This document shows positions 23,849-32,000 of a stretch of 32,000 nucleotides of DNA, piece after piece (the stretch's first letter is position 1; every line of letters begins with the position of its first letter). Made by a program: the position numbers and the translations under genes. The stretch lies in NCBI RefSeq assembly GCF_001598795.1, contig NZ_BCZP01000007.1:150001-182000 (forward strand). Direction: 5' to 3'. Origin of the DNA: Delftia acidovorans NBRC 14950 (lineage in GTDB: Bacteria; Pseudomonadota; Gammaproteobacteria; Burkholderiales; Burkholderiaceae_C). The notes beneath the pieces were generated by a model, which was given only the letters and a program-made list of their open reading frames with translations, was not told where the DNA came from and did not search any database.

Positions 23849-25678
23849 TCACAGCGGCGGCAGGGGGCCCACGCCCGAAGGAACGGCCTCCTCGTTGGGC
23901 CTGCAGGGCTGGCGCAGCATGCGCCGGCAGTCCGGCAGCTGCCGCTCATGGGCATAGGCGATATGGCCCAGCACGATCTTCGAGGGCCGGCTGCGGTCCA
24001 GCCAGACGGTGTTGGTCGAAGGCGTGGACAGATGGTCGAAGGCCCAGTACCCGGTCTGCGAAGGCGTGTCCAGGGTCACGCGCAGGCTGGAGCCCGCGCG
24101 GAACACATGGGCGAATTTCTGGATTTCCACGCGCATCAGCGTGGGCTCGCCGGGGCGCAGCGGGCGCACGGCGGCCTCGGTGAAATCACCCCAGGGCCGC
24201 AAGGCGGTGGAGCGCTGGCCGTCCAGCGCACGCATGGAGGCACGCAGCCAGCCGCGCTGCACGAACATCTCCTGGCCGTCGGGACGCACCTCCGAGACAG
24301 TGACCTGCACATCGGTGTCGCCGGCCGTGGCGCTGAGCCACAGGTCCAGCGAGGCCTCGCCATAAAAGCTCAGCGCGCGCGGCAGCGGGGCCGTGGTGAA
24401 GCGCAGCAGGCCCTGCCCGGCGGGGCTGGCCGTCCATTGGCCTGCGCCGGACTCGGTGTCCGCGTCGGGATGGTTGGCCTCGGCGCCCGGCAGCGGGTAG
24501 CGGTAGCTGGCCGACTGGCGCTCGGCCTGCGGCGGCGCATCGCCCAGCCCGCCGCCCGGCTGCAGCCACAGCGTCATCGGCGTGACGCGCACGGGCAGCC
24601 GGTCAAAGCTGGCCACGGCCGAGGGGCGCAGCTGCCCATAGTCGCCCCCACCGTTCATCCACTGCATTTCCTGCGCCAGCAGCACGCGGGGAGTGTGCTC
24701 GAAGCCGTTGCTCTCGCCCTTGAGAAAGCGCGCGTAAAAGCGCTTCATGGTCTCGCGCAGAAAGGGGGCGTTGTCGGTGTGGTGGTCGCCGTTGGAGCTG
24801 ATCAGCCACATCTTGTCCGGGGCGATGCTGTCCTCGTAGTAGCCCATGCGGGTGCCCACCTGCTCGTCCTGCCAGGACTGGGTGCCCAGCGTGGGGATGT
24901 CGATGCGGTGCGTGGAGTTCATGGCGCTCTTGAGCGCGTAGCGGGCGCCGAAGAAGCGGTCCTCGTCCAGCCAGCGCGCCATGTCCAGGTCGGGGCGCTG
25001 GATCTTGCGGATGTTGTCCTCCACGACCTGGGCGCATCCGGTATCGCCGTCCAGCGCCCTGGCATCGTCGGCGGCCTTGCGCCATATCGCGGGGAACTGC
25101 CGCCACCAGTTGGCGGGAAAGCCGATGTTCTGGATGCCGCCCGGATAGGCCACGTCGCGGTAGGGATCGGCCACGTTCTTGCCCGGCGCGATCGCCTTGA
25201 GGCTGGGCGGACGCTGTGCCGCCACCCACAGCTGGTCGTAGCCCGAGTACGAATAGCCCACCATGCCCACCTTGCCCGTGGACCACGCCTGGCGCGCCGC
25301 CCACTCCACCGCATGCGCCCCGGCCGCGCCCACGGAGGCATCGGCCCACTGGTTCTCGCCGGTGGAGCAGCCCGTGCCGGGCACGTTCAGGCCCATCACG
25401 GCATAGCCTTCCTTGGTCCACTCCTGGGTGGTCTGGTCCGTGACCGAGCCCGATCCGTAGCCGTCGTACTCCATCAGCACGGGAAATGGCCCCGGCCCCT
25501 TGGGAAAGACCACCGAATAGCGCATCTTGTTGCCGTCAGGCAGCTGGATGTAGCCCCAGATGCGCGGCCCGGGGTTGGTGCTGCCCGAAGAGCCCCCGCC
25601 GCAGGCCGCGAGGCCCAGGGCAAGGGTGGCGATGCCGGCCGCGCCGAGCCACGCGCGGGAATGGCGAAAAGTCATCAT
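23849..25678 (-). CDS. CocE/NonD (S15 X-Pro dipeptidyl-peptidase-like) family hydrolase, a lipoprotein
   Basis: Lipobox LGLAAC|GGG. N-terminal YIQLPDGNKMRYSVVFPKGPGPFPVLMEYDGYG, a nucleophile elbow MVGYSYSGY, and a long C-terminal beta domain. Confidence 0.85.
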   Translation of the reverse strand: MMTFRHSRAWLGAAGIATLALGLAACGGGSSGSTNPGPRIWGYIQLPDGNKMRYSVVFPKGPGPFPVLMEYDGYGSGSVTDQTTQEWTKEGYAVMGLNVPGTGCSTGENQWADASVGAAGAHAVEWAARQAWSTGKVGMVGYSYSGYDQLWVAAQRPPSLKAIAPGKNVADPYRDVAYPGGIQNIGFPANWWRQFPAIWRKAADDARALDGDTGCAQVVEDNIRKIQRPDLDMARWLDEDRFFGARYALKSAMNSTHRIDIPTLGTQSWQDEQVGTRMGYYEDSIAPDKMWLISSNGDHHTDNAPFLRETMKRFYARFLKGESNGFEHTPRVLLAQEMQWMNGGGDYGQLRPSAVASFDRLPVRVTPMTLWLQPGGGLGDAPPQAERQSASYRYPLPGAEANHPDADTESGAGQWTASPAGQGLLRFTTAPLPRALSFYGEASLDLWLSATAGDTDVQVTVSEVRPDGQEMFVQRGWLRASMRALDGQRSTALRPWGDFTEAAVRPLRPGEPTLMRVEIQKFAHVFRAGSSLRVTLDTPSQTGYWAFDHLSTPSTNTVWLDRSRPSKIVLGHIAYAHERQLPDCRRMLRQPCRPNEEAVPSGVGPLPPL

Positions 25679-25767
25679 GGATGGTCCTCCTGGTTGCTGA
25701 TGCAGTCATGCCCGCAAGGGGGCAGGCCGCAATGTAGGACCGTCCGGGCACATGGCGCACGCGCAGG

Positions 25768-25833
25768 CTGAAGGGGGGCTAAAGGGGGGATGAAGGGGCG
25801 CTGAAGCGCGCCTGAAGACAGGCTGAAGGCAAA
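25768..25833. repeat. Six tandem 11-bp units with a conserved CTGAAG core
   Basis: The units are ctgaagggggg, ctaaagggggg, atgaaggggcg, ctgaagcgcgc, ctgaagacagg and ctgaaggcaaa. They start at 25768, 25779, 25790, 25801, 25812 and 25823, so the spacing is exactly 11 nt. Confidence 0.85.
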
Positions 25834-26032
25834 CGCGGCCAGTCGCCACGGCCCTCGGCCCCGGGGGCGGCATGGACTGGCACGACATGGTGATGGCGCT
25901 TGGAGCGACGGAACTATCCATCGCCCCCGCAGTCGAACGGCCTTCGCTGGAGACCTCAACGCATAACAGCCCGGCCCACACTCCATCGTTGCCGATGGAG
26001 CCACTGCCTGAACAGGCAAAGGTGAAACTGTC

Positions 26033-26320
26033 ATGCAATGTCCCGCCTGCCGAGATGCCACGCTCATCATCTCCGAGCGCCAGAACATAGAGATCGACTA
26101 CTGCCCCCAATGCCGCGGAGTCTGGCTGGACCGCGGAGAGCTGGACAAGCTCATCGAGCGCTCCGCCGCCCAGGCACCCGCAGCGCCAACAGCCTATGAA
26201 CGCCCGCAGGAACGGCGCGCGGGCCCTGACGGATCCCATGACCGGCGCGAGCACTCCAGCCACGATGGCTACCGCCGCAAGAAGCGCGAAGGCTTTCTCT
26301 CCGATCTTTTCGACTTCTAG
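26033..26320 (+). CDS. zf-TFIIB-type zinc-ribbon protein
   Basis: MQCPACRDATL...IDYCPQCRGVWLDRGELDKLI, with two CxxC pairs, followed by a basic low-complexity tail ending KKREGFLSDLFDF. Confidence 0.8.
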   Translation: MQCPACRDATLIISERQNIEIDYCPQCRGVWLDRGELDKLIERSAAQAPAAPTAYERPQERRAGPDGSHDRREHSSHDGYRRKKREGFLSDLFDF

Positions 26321-26401
26321 CACCAGGGCAAGTCCGCTGCGCCGGCATCGGGACATGGCAGCCGCGCCCCACTATGATTCGGCTTTCAGTTCCTTGTCCC
26401 C

Positions 26402-26902
26402 ATGCCCCGCGCCCGCACACCCAAGCCCGCTCCTGCCGAAGAGAACACGGCCCCGTCCAGCACTACAGCGCCAGGGCCGTCCATCGACGCCTCCTTCCTG
26501 CACACCCTCGTGGGCTACAACGCCCGGCGTGCCTCGCTGTCCATCATCGAAGTGTTCGTGGAGCGCATGGCCACCCACGATCTCAAGATGGTGGAGTTCT
26601 CCGTGCTCTCCCTGGTGTCCCACAACCCCGGCATCACCTCGCGCCAGTTGTGCGCGGCGCTGGATGTGATGCCGCCCAACCTGGTGGGCCTCATCGCAGC
26701 GCTGGAGCGCCGCAAGCTGATCGAGCGGCGCACCCACCCCACCGACCGCCGCGCCGTGGGCGTGCACCTGACGCCGGCCGGCGCCGAGCTCACGGCACGG
26801 GCGGAAAGAACGGCGGCGGAATTGGAAATGGATGCCACCTACCGCCTGACCGACGCCGAGCGCAGGACGCTGATCCAGCTGCTGCAGAAGATCTACAACT
26901 GA
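26402..26902 (+). CDS. MarR-family transcriptional regulator
   Basis: Winged HTH FSVLSLVSHNPGITSRQLCAALDVMPPNLVGLIAALERRKLIERRTHPTDRRAVGVHLTPAG. Confidence 0.9.
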   Translation: MPRARTPKPAPAEENTAPSSTTAPGPSIDASFLHTLVGYNARRASLSIIEVFVERMATHDLKMVEFSVLSLVSHNPGITSRQLCAALDVMPPNLVGLIAALERRKLIERRTHPTDRRAVGVHLTPAGAELTARAERTAAELEMDATYRLTDAERRTLIQLLQKIYN

Positions 26903-26908
26903 GCGCGC

Positions 26909-27796
26909 TCAGTCCGCCTTCTCCGCTGCCGGCTGCTCCAGCCCCAGCAGCCGCACCGCGTTGCCCTTGAGGATGCCGGGCATCACCTCGGGCTTGAAGC
27001 CGGCTTCCTGGAAATCCTTCATCCAGCGCTCGGGCGTGATCAGCGGATAGTCGCTGCCGAAGAGCACGCGGTCCTTGAGCAGGGTGTTGGCGTACTGCAC
27101 CAGCTGCCGGGGAAAGTACTTGGGGCTCCAGCCCGACAGATCGATCCAGACATTGGGCTTGTGCAGGGCCACGGACAGGGCCTCGTCCTGCCAGGGAAAG
27201 CTGGGGTGGGCCATCACGATCTGCATGTCGGGAAAGTCGATGGCCACGTCGTCCAGGTGCATGGGATTGCTGTAGGCCAGGCGCAGGCCGCCGCCGCAGC
27301 GCATGCCGCTGCCAATGCCGCTGTGGCCCGTGTGGAAGATGGCCGGCAGTTGGTACTCGGCCACCACCTCGTAGATCGGCCAGGCCATGCGGTCGTAGGG
27401 ATGGAAGCCCTGCACCGTGGGGTGGAACTTGAAGCCCCTGACGCCCTCTTCCTCGATCAGCCGCCGCGCCTCGCGCGCGCCCATGCGGCCCTTGTGCGGA
27501 TCGATGCTGGCGAAGGCCACCATCATGTCGCTGTTGGCCCGCGCAGCCTCGGCGATCTCCTCGTTGGGAATGCGGCGCCGGCCCAGCTGCGACTCGCTGT
27601 CCACCGTGAACATCACCAGGCCCAGGTTGCGCTCGCGGTAGTAGGCCACGGTCTCGGCGATGGTCGGGCGCCGGCCGTTGCCGAAGTACTTGTCGGCGGC
27701 GCGGTCGTACTCCTCGCCGTAGTTGTCGAACGGGTTCCAGCAGCTCACCGCGGCATGCGTGTGGATGTCGATGGCAATGAGTTTTTCGTGGTCCAT
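26909..27796 (-). CDS. Amidohydrolase-2 (ACMSD-like) family metal-dependent hydrolase/decarboxylase
   Basis: N-terminal IAIDIHTHA metal motif, an internal FHTGHSG, and C-terminal LFGSDYP. RBS AGGAGA. Confidence 0.88.
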   Translation of the reverse strand: MDHEKLIAIDIHTHAAVSCWNPFDNYGEEYDRAADKYFGNGRRPTIAETVAYYRERNLGLVMFTVDSESQLGRRRIPNEEIAEAARANSDMMVAFASIDPHKGRMGAREARRLIEEEGVRGFKFHPTVQGFHPYDRMAWPIYEVVAEYQLPAIFHTGHSGIGSGMRCGGGLRLAYSNPMHLDDVAIDFPDMQIVMAHPSFPWQDEALSVALHKPNVWIDLSGWSPKYFPRQLVQYANTLLKDRVLFGSDYPLITPERWMKDFQEAGFKPEVMPGILKGNAVRLLGLEQPAAEKAD

Positions 27797-27875
27797 GTCT
27801 GTCTCCTGTGCAGCCTGCTGCCTGCCCCGGCATCAAGGGGAAGTCCCAATAAGAAATTCGCAAAGGCCGCTTGAA

Positions 27876-27896
27876 TTGGTTATTAAATATAACCAA
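27876..27896. promoter_or_regulatory. Inverted repeat TTGGTTAT-N5-ATAACCAA in the divergent amidohydrolase/tannase control region, a candidate MarR operator
   Basis: Perfect 8-bp arms read directly from the sequence, in an AT-rich patch midway between the two start codons. Confidence 0.4.
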
Positions 27897-27991
27897 AATC
27901 GCGGCCATCAGAAAGCGATGCGGATGCGGGCAACGGCTGCCACGCAACGGTTTCGCGCTGAGGCTTCACACCACCTTCCGAGGAGACAGAC

Positions 27992-29701
27992 ATGGACAGA
28001 AAGATCCACAAGACCCGTTCCCGCGCCTTGCCGGCCACGCTGGCCGCCGCCCTTCCCGCCCTGCTGCTGTCGGCCTGCGGCGGCTCGAGCGACGGCATCG
28101 CACAGCTGGCCGAGGCCCGCCCCGCCACGCTGCTGTCGTGCACGGACCTGGCCGCGAAAATATCCTTCCCCAACACCCGCATCACCGCCGCCGAGACCGT
28201 GGCCGCCGGCACGCTGACGGTGGCAGGCAAGCCCATTGCCGAGCACTGCCGCGTGACCGGCCGCATGCACGAGCGCGTCAGCACCGTCGACGGTCAGAAC
28301 TACGCCGTGGGCTTCGAGATGCGCCTGCCGCGCGACTGGAACGGGCGCTTTTTCTACCAGGCCAACGGCGGCCTGGACGGCAGCGTGAGCACGGCCGTGG
28401 GCGCACTGGGCGGCGGGCCGCTGGGCAATGCGCTGCAGATGGGCTTTGCCGTGCTCAGCTCCGATGCGGGGCATGCAGGCAGCCTGGGCCCCTTCTTCGG
28501 CCTGGACCCGCAGGCGCGGCTGGACTACGGCTACCAGGCCGTGGGCAAGCTCACGCCCATGGCGCGCAGCGCGCTGCAGACTGCCTATGGCAAGGGCCCG
28601 GACCGCTCCTACCTGGGCGGCTGCTCCAACGGCGGGCGCCACGCCATGGTGGCGGCCTCGCGCTATGCCGACCAGTACGACGGCATCATTGCCGGCAACC
28701 CCGGCACGCGCCTGCCGCTGGCGGCCATTGCCAACATTGCCGGTGCCCAGGGCTATGCGAAGCTGGCCACCACGACACAGGATCTGGGCACGGGCTTCAC
28801 CCAGGCCGAGCGCCGCCTGGTCAGCCAGGCCGTGCTGGCCCGGTGCGATGCGCTGGACGGCGCCACCGACGGCATGGTGCAGGCCGGCGCAGCCTGCCAG
28901 GCGAGCTTCGACCTGGCGCGCGACGTGCCCACCTGCGGCGGCGCGCGCGACGGCAGCTGCCTCAGCGCCGAGCAAAAGAGCACCATTGCCGGCCTGTTCA
29001 AGGGCGCCACCACCAGCGGCGGCAGCCGCATCTACAGCAGCTTCCCGTATGACGCAGGGCTGGATACGGCCGGCTGGGCCGGCTGGAAATTCTCCAACTC
29101 GCTGAACCTGGACACCGGCGCCGTGGGCCTGGTCTGGCAGGCGCCACCCGAGAACCCGGCCAGCTTCAACGGCCCGCAGTTCGCGCTGACAGGCAGCGTG
29201 GACAGCATGCTGGCCAAGGTCCAGGCCACGACGGCGCTGTACACCGAAAGCGCGCTGTCCTTCATGCTCCCGCCCGACTACGGCAAGCTGCCCGTGCTGC
29301 GCAACCGGGGCGCCAAGCTCATGGTCTACCACGGCACGGCCGATCCCATCTTCTCCAGCGACGACACCGTGCAGTGGTACGACACGCTGCGCCGCAACCA
29401 TGGCGACGCCGCCGACTTCGCCCGCCTGTACCTGGTGCCCGGCATGAACCACTGCAGCGGCGGCCCGGCCACCGAGCAGTTCGACATGCTCAGCTCCCTC
29501 GTGGCCTGGGTGGAGAAAGGCCAGGCGCCAGACCGCGTGATCGCCAGTGCGCGCGGCGCAGGCAATGCGGGCGGCGCCAACGCCGACCTGCCCGCCACCT
29601 GGTCGCCCACGCGCACCCGGCCGCTGTGCCCCCATCCGCTGGCCGCCCACTACAACGGCAGCGGCGACATGGAAAGCGCTGCCAGCTTCAGCTGCCGCTG
29701 A
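27992..29701 (+). CDS. Tannase/feruloyl-esterase family hydrolase (the family that includes MHETase), a lipoprotein
   Basis: Lipobox LLLSAC|GG. Nucleophile motif GGCSNGGRHAM, and a His motif PGMNHCSGGP with the paired Cys residues typical of the family. Confidence 0.9.
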   Translation: MDRKIHKTRSRALPATLAAALPALLLSACGGSSDGIAQLAEARPATLLSCTDLAAKISFPNTRITAAETVAAGTLTVAGKPIAEHCRVTGRMHERVSTVDGQNYAVGFEMRLPRDWNGRFFYQANGGLDGSVSTAVGALGGGPLGNALQMGFAVLSSDAGHAGSLGPFFGLDPQARLDYGYQAVGKLTPMARSALQTAYGKGPDRSYLGGCSNGGRHAMVAASRYADQYDGIIAGNPGTRLPLAAIANIAGAQGYAKLATTTQDLGTGFTQAERRLVSQAVLARCDALDGATDGMVQAGAACQASFDLARDVPTCGGARDGSCLSAEQKSTIAGLFKGATTSGGSRIYSSFPYDAGLDTAGWAGWKFSNSLNLDTGAVGLVWQAPPENPASFNGPQFALTGSVDSMLAKVQATTALYTESALSFMLPPDYGKLPVLRNRGAKLMVYHGTADPIFSSDDTVQWYDTLRRNHGDAADFARLYLVPGMNHCSGGPATEQFDMLSSLVAWVEKGQAPDRVIASARGAGNAGGANADLPATWSPTRTRPLCPHPLAAHYNGSGDMESAASFSCR

Positions 29702-29884
29702 CCGTGCACTGAAGGCGGGCGGCGCCTGAACGGTCTCCTGAACGGCCCGCCCCCTCCGCCCTCATCCACCCCTTGTCCGCAGTCCCGCCCCCGGCGGGGC
29801 CGGGCCCCGCTGCGCCTGAAAAAAAGGCGCGCGGACACCCACGCCAAGACGGCAACGATTTTTCAAACCAGAGGAGACATCACC

Positions 29885-31033
29885 ATGCAAAAAACCCCAT
29901 CCCCGCTGACCCTGGCGGCCGCCGCCGTGCTGGCCCTGGCCGGCTCCAGCACCAGCTTCGGCGCCTTCGCGCAAGGCACCTCCAGCGTCACGCTCTACGG
30001 CATCGTCGATGTGGGCGTGGAGCACCTGAACAACGTGGCGGCAGGCGGCGGTCTCAGCCGCATGCCATCGACCACCAGCCTGGTGCCCTCGCGCTGGGGC
30101 CTGCGCGGCAGCGAGGACCTGGGCGGCGGCCTCAAGGCCATCTACACGCTGGAGTCGGGCTTTGCGCCCGACCAGGGCACCTTCAACCAGGGCGGGCGCG
30201 GCTTTGGGCGCCAAAGCTGGGTGGGACTGGGCGGCAACTGGGGCAGCCTGACCATGGGCCGCCAGAACTCCATGCTGTTCTGGTCACTGCTCGATTCGGA
30301 CATCATCGGCCCGGCCGTCTTCGCCATGGGCTCGCTGGACGCCTACATTCCCAACTCGCGCGCCGACAACATGCTGGCCTGGCGCGGCAACTTCGGCGGC
30401 CTGGCGCTGGGCGCGGGCTACAGCTTCGGGCGCGATGCCGTCAACGCAGGCCCCAGCCCCGCCGGCACCAACTGCCCGGGCGAGAGCGGATCGGACACGC
30501 AGGCCTGCCGCCAGTGGTCGCTGTATGCCAAGTACGACACGCCCGTCTGGGGCCTGGCGCTGGGCTACGAACAGCAAAACGGCCGCACGCCGGCCTCGTC
30601 CACCGACCCGGTGTTCGGCGGCATGAACTCCAGCGCCAAGCATGACGAGCGGCTGCACCTGGGCGGCTACTTCAAGCTGGCCGGCGTGAAGGTCGGCGGC
30701 GGCCTGCTGCGCCGCGACAACGATGGCGACGCCGTCAAGCCGCGCAGCAACCTCTGGTACGTGGGCGCCTCGTACCCGGTCACCGAGGCGCTGGTGCTCG
30801 AAACCCAATGGCTGACGCTGCGCTACCGCGGCGTGTCGGGCTACGACTCCGACCTGCTGGTGGCACGCGCCATCTACAACCTGTCCAAGCGCACGGCGGT
30901 CTACACCCAGCTCGGCCACATCCGCAACGACCGCCTGGCCACCGTCTCGGTCAGCGGCGGCGCCCCGGGCAGCAACACCGCGCCGGGCCGCTCGCAGACC
31001 GGCATCAACGTCGGCATCCGCCACATGTTCTGA
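29885..31033 (+). CDS. Outer-membrane porin (Omp32/OmpC-like, Porin_4)
   Basis: Signal peptide ...SFGAFA|QGTSSVTLYGIVDVG. The body has alternating beta-strand patterning and ends GINVGIRHMF. RBS gaggaga. Confidence 0.9.
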   Translation: MQKTPSPLTLAAAAVLALAGSSTSFGAFAQGTSSVTLYGIVDVGVEHLNNVAAGGGLSRMPSTTSLVPSRWGLRGSEDLGGGLKAIYTLESGFAPDQGTFNQGGRGFGRQSWVGLGGNWGSLTMGRQNSMLFWSLLDSDIIGPAVFAMGSLDAYIPNSRADNMLAWRGNFGGLALGAGYSFGRDAVNAGPSPAGTNCPGESGSDTQACRQWSLYAKYDTPVWGLALGYEQQNGRTPASSTDPVFGGMNSSAKHDERLHLGGYFKLAGVKVGGGLLRRDNDGDAVKPRSNLWYVGASYPVTEALVLETQWLTLRYRGVSGYDSDLLVARAIYNLSKRTAVYTQLGHIRNDRLATVSVSGGAPGSNTAPGRSQTGINVGIRHMF

Positions 31034-31083
31034 GCCTGTTCTTTCCAGCTTTTCCTTTTCTTCGATTTCACCAGGAGACATCC

Positions 31084-32000
31084 ATGCAGATGCATCGCCG
31101 TCATTTCGTCCAGGCCCTGGGCAGCGCCGCCGCCCTGGGGTCGCTGTCGCCACTGCAGGCCCTGGCCCAGGCGCTGGACCAGGTCAAGATCATGTACGGC
31201 TTTCCGGCAGGCAGCTCGGGCGACAGCGTGGCCCGCCGCGTGGCCGAGCGGCTGGGCGGCACGCCCTACAGCAAAGGGCCGGGCTTTGTGGAAAACAAGC
31301 CCGGCGCCGGTGGCCGCATCGCGGTGGAGGCCCTGAAGAACGCCCCGCCCAACGGCTCGGTGCTGGCGCTGGCGCCCGTGTCGGCCTTCTCGGTCTACCC
31401 GCACATCTACCCCAAGCTGACCTACAAGCCCGAGGACGCGATCCCCGTCTCCATCGGCGCCGTCATCTACCACGGCCTGGCCGTGGGGCCTGCCGTGCCG
31501 GCCGAGGTCAAGACCCTCAAGGACTTCCTGGCCTGGGCCAAGGCCCACCCCGACCGGGCCAACTTCGGCTCGCCGGGCGCGGGCTCCATGCCGCACCTGC
31601 TGGGCGCGCTGCTGAGCCTGCGATCGGGGGTGGAACTCAAGCACGCGCCCTATCGCGGCACCGTGCCCAGCATCACCGACCTGGTGGGCGGCCAGGTCGC
31701 GGCCACCATGAACCCCAGCGGCGACTACCTGCAATACCTGAAGGCCGGCCGCCTGCGCGTGCTGGCCACTTCGGGCAAGCAGCGCTCGCCCTTCCTGCCC
31801 GACGTGCCCACCTTCACCGAACTGGGCTTTCCCGATGTCACGGTGGAGGAATGGTTCGGCTTCTACGCTCCCGCCAAGACCCCGGCCACCACCATTGCCA
31901 ACGCCAACGCGGCCATCACGGCCGCGCTCAAGGACAAGGCCGTGATCGACGGGCTGGCCGCCCTGGGCCTGCTGGCGCGCGGCAGCACGCAGCAGGAAAT
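31084..32000 (+). CDS. Bug/TctC-family (tripartite tricarboxylate transporter) periplasmic binding protein, 3' end outside the window
   Basis: Own translation from ATG 31084: MQMHRRHFVQALGSAAALGSLSPLQALA (Tat-like RR), then ...FVENKPGAGGRIAVEAL...YRGTVPSITDLVGGQV. RBS aggaga. It is not in the ORF track because no stop falls within the window. Confidence 0.88.
   Translation, partial: MQMHRRHFVQALGSAAALGSLSPLQALAQALDQVKIMYGFPAGSSGDSVARRVAERLGGTPYSKGPGFVENKPGAGGRIAVEALKNAPPNGSVLALAPVSAFSVYPHIYPKLTYKPEDAIPVSIGAVIYHGLAVGPAVPAEVKTLKDFLAWAKAHPDRANFGSPGAGSMPHLLGALLSLRSGVELKHAPYRGTVPSITDLVGGQVAATMNPSGDYLQYLKAGRLRVLATSGKQRSPFLPDVPTFTELGFPDVTVEEWFGFYAPAKTPATTIANANAAITAALKDKAVIDGLAALGLLARGSTQQE

Noticed and set aside
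25768-25833. The CTGAAG cluster as a restriction-modification signature. From memory, CTGAAG is the AcuI/Eco57I-type site.
   Set aside because: No methyltransferase or endonuclease ORF is nearby. The exact 11-bp phasing points to protein binding or DNA bending rather than restriction biology.
25679-26032. Small ORFs in the 354-nt intergenic region (25872..26090 +, 25675..26088 -, 25706..26356 -).
   Set aside because: They overlap each other and the zinc-ribbon gene, lack RBSs and recognisable motifs, and are crossed by the 11-bp repeat array, whose period is incompatible with coding.
118-29650. Many long ORFs that overlap better genes on the opposite strand or in other frames. Examples are 118..1368(-), 2218..3711(+), 12207..13802(-), 14555..16387(+), 16542..17975(+), 17474..19126(+), 19072..20115(+), 20015..21328(+), 22311..23522(+), 23225..25771(+) and 27908..29650(-).
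   Set aside because: Their translations are low-complexity Arg/Ala/Gly/Pro/His-rich peptides typical of shadow frames in about 68% GC DNA. Each is fully covered by an ORF with recognisable domain motifs.

Overview
All family calls below come from motifs read by eye in the supplied translations. No searches were run, and GC values are by-eye estimates.

The window is high-GC (roughly 65-70% G+C). It looks like a betaproteobacterial, Comamonadaceae-like chromosome: it has a Bug/TctC-type binding protein and porins ending GI(R/S)H(M/A)F. The taxon is inference only.

Gene content, left to right:
- 1-4.4 kb: a di-iron ferritin-like protein and a roughly 950-aa type I secretion system (T1SS) RTX/cadherin-repeat adhesin.
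- 4.5-9.7 kb: a decayed array of three head-to-tail Rhs C-terminal cassettes on the minus strand. It includes two visibly AT-rich, unrecognised toxin/immunity modules. The array ends in a head-to-head fusion with a 5'-truncated porin gene.
- 10.7-14.1 kb: an AraC-family regulator and a chemoreceptor.
- 14.1-25.7 kb: eleven co-directional minus-strand genes, in transcription order CocE/NonD hydrolase, TetR, DUF418/YeiB-like membrane protein, NHL-propeller membrane protein, LuxE-like synthetase, LuxC-like reductase, NitT/TauT-type ABC importer (three genes) and SDR. Several junctions are ATGA stop/start overlaps.
- 25.7-26.0 kb: a 354-nt intergenic region containing six exactly 11-bp-phased CTGAAG repeats.
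- 26.0-32.0 kb: a zinc-ribbon protein, then MarR, an amidohydrolase, a tannase/feruloyl-esterase, a porin and a Bug binding protein. This set looks like an aromatic-ester utilisation cluster.

No rRNA, tRNA, CRISPR array, transposase or integrase was seen.

The best candidates for something undescribed are:
- The orphan Rhs tip at 5.5-6.8 kb with its ATGA-coupled immunity gene. The tip combines a glycine-zipper segment with a possibly permuted NlpC/P60-LRAT-like H...NC domain.
- The neighbouring cassette, whose tip runs in frame into an AT-rich block the size of an immunity gene.
- The non-luminescent LuxE/LuxC, ABC importer and SDR operon.
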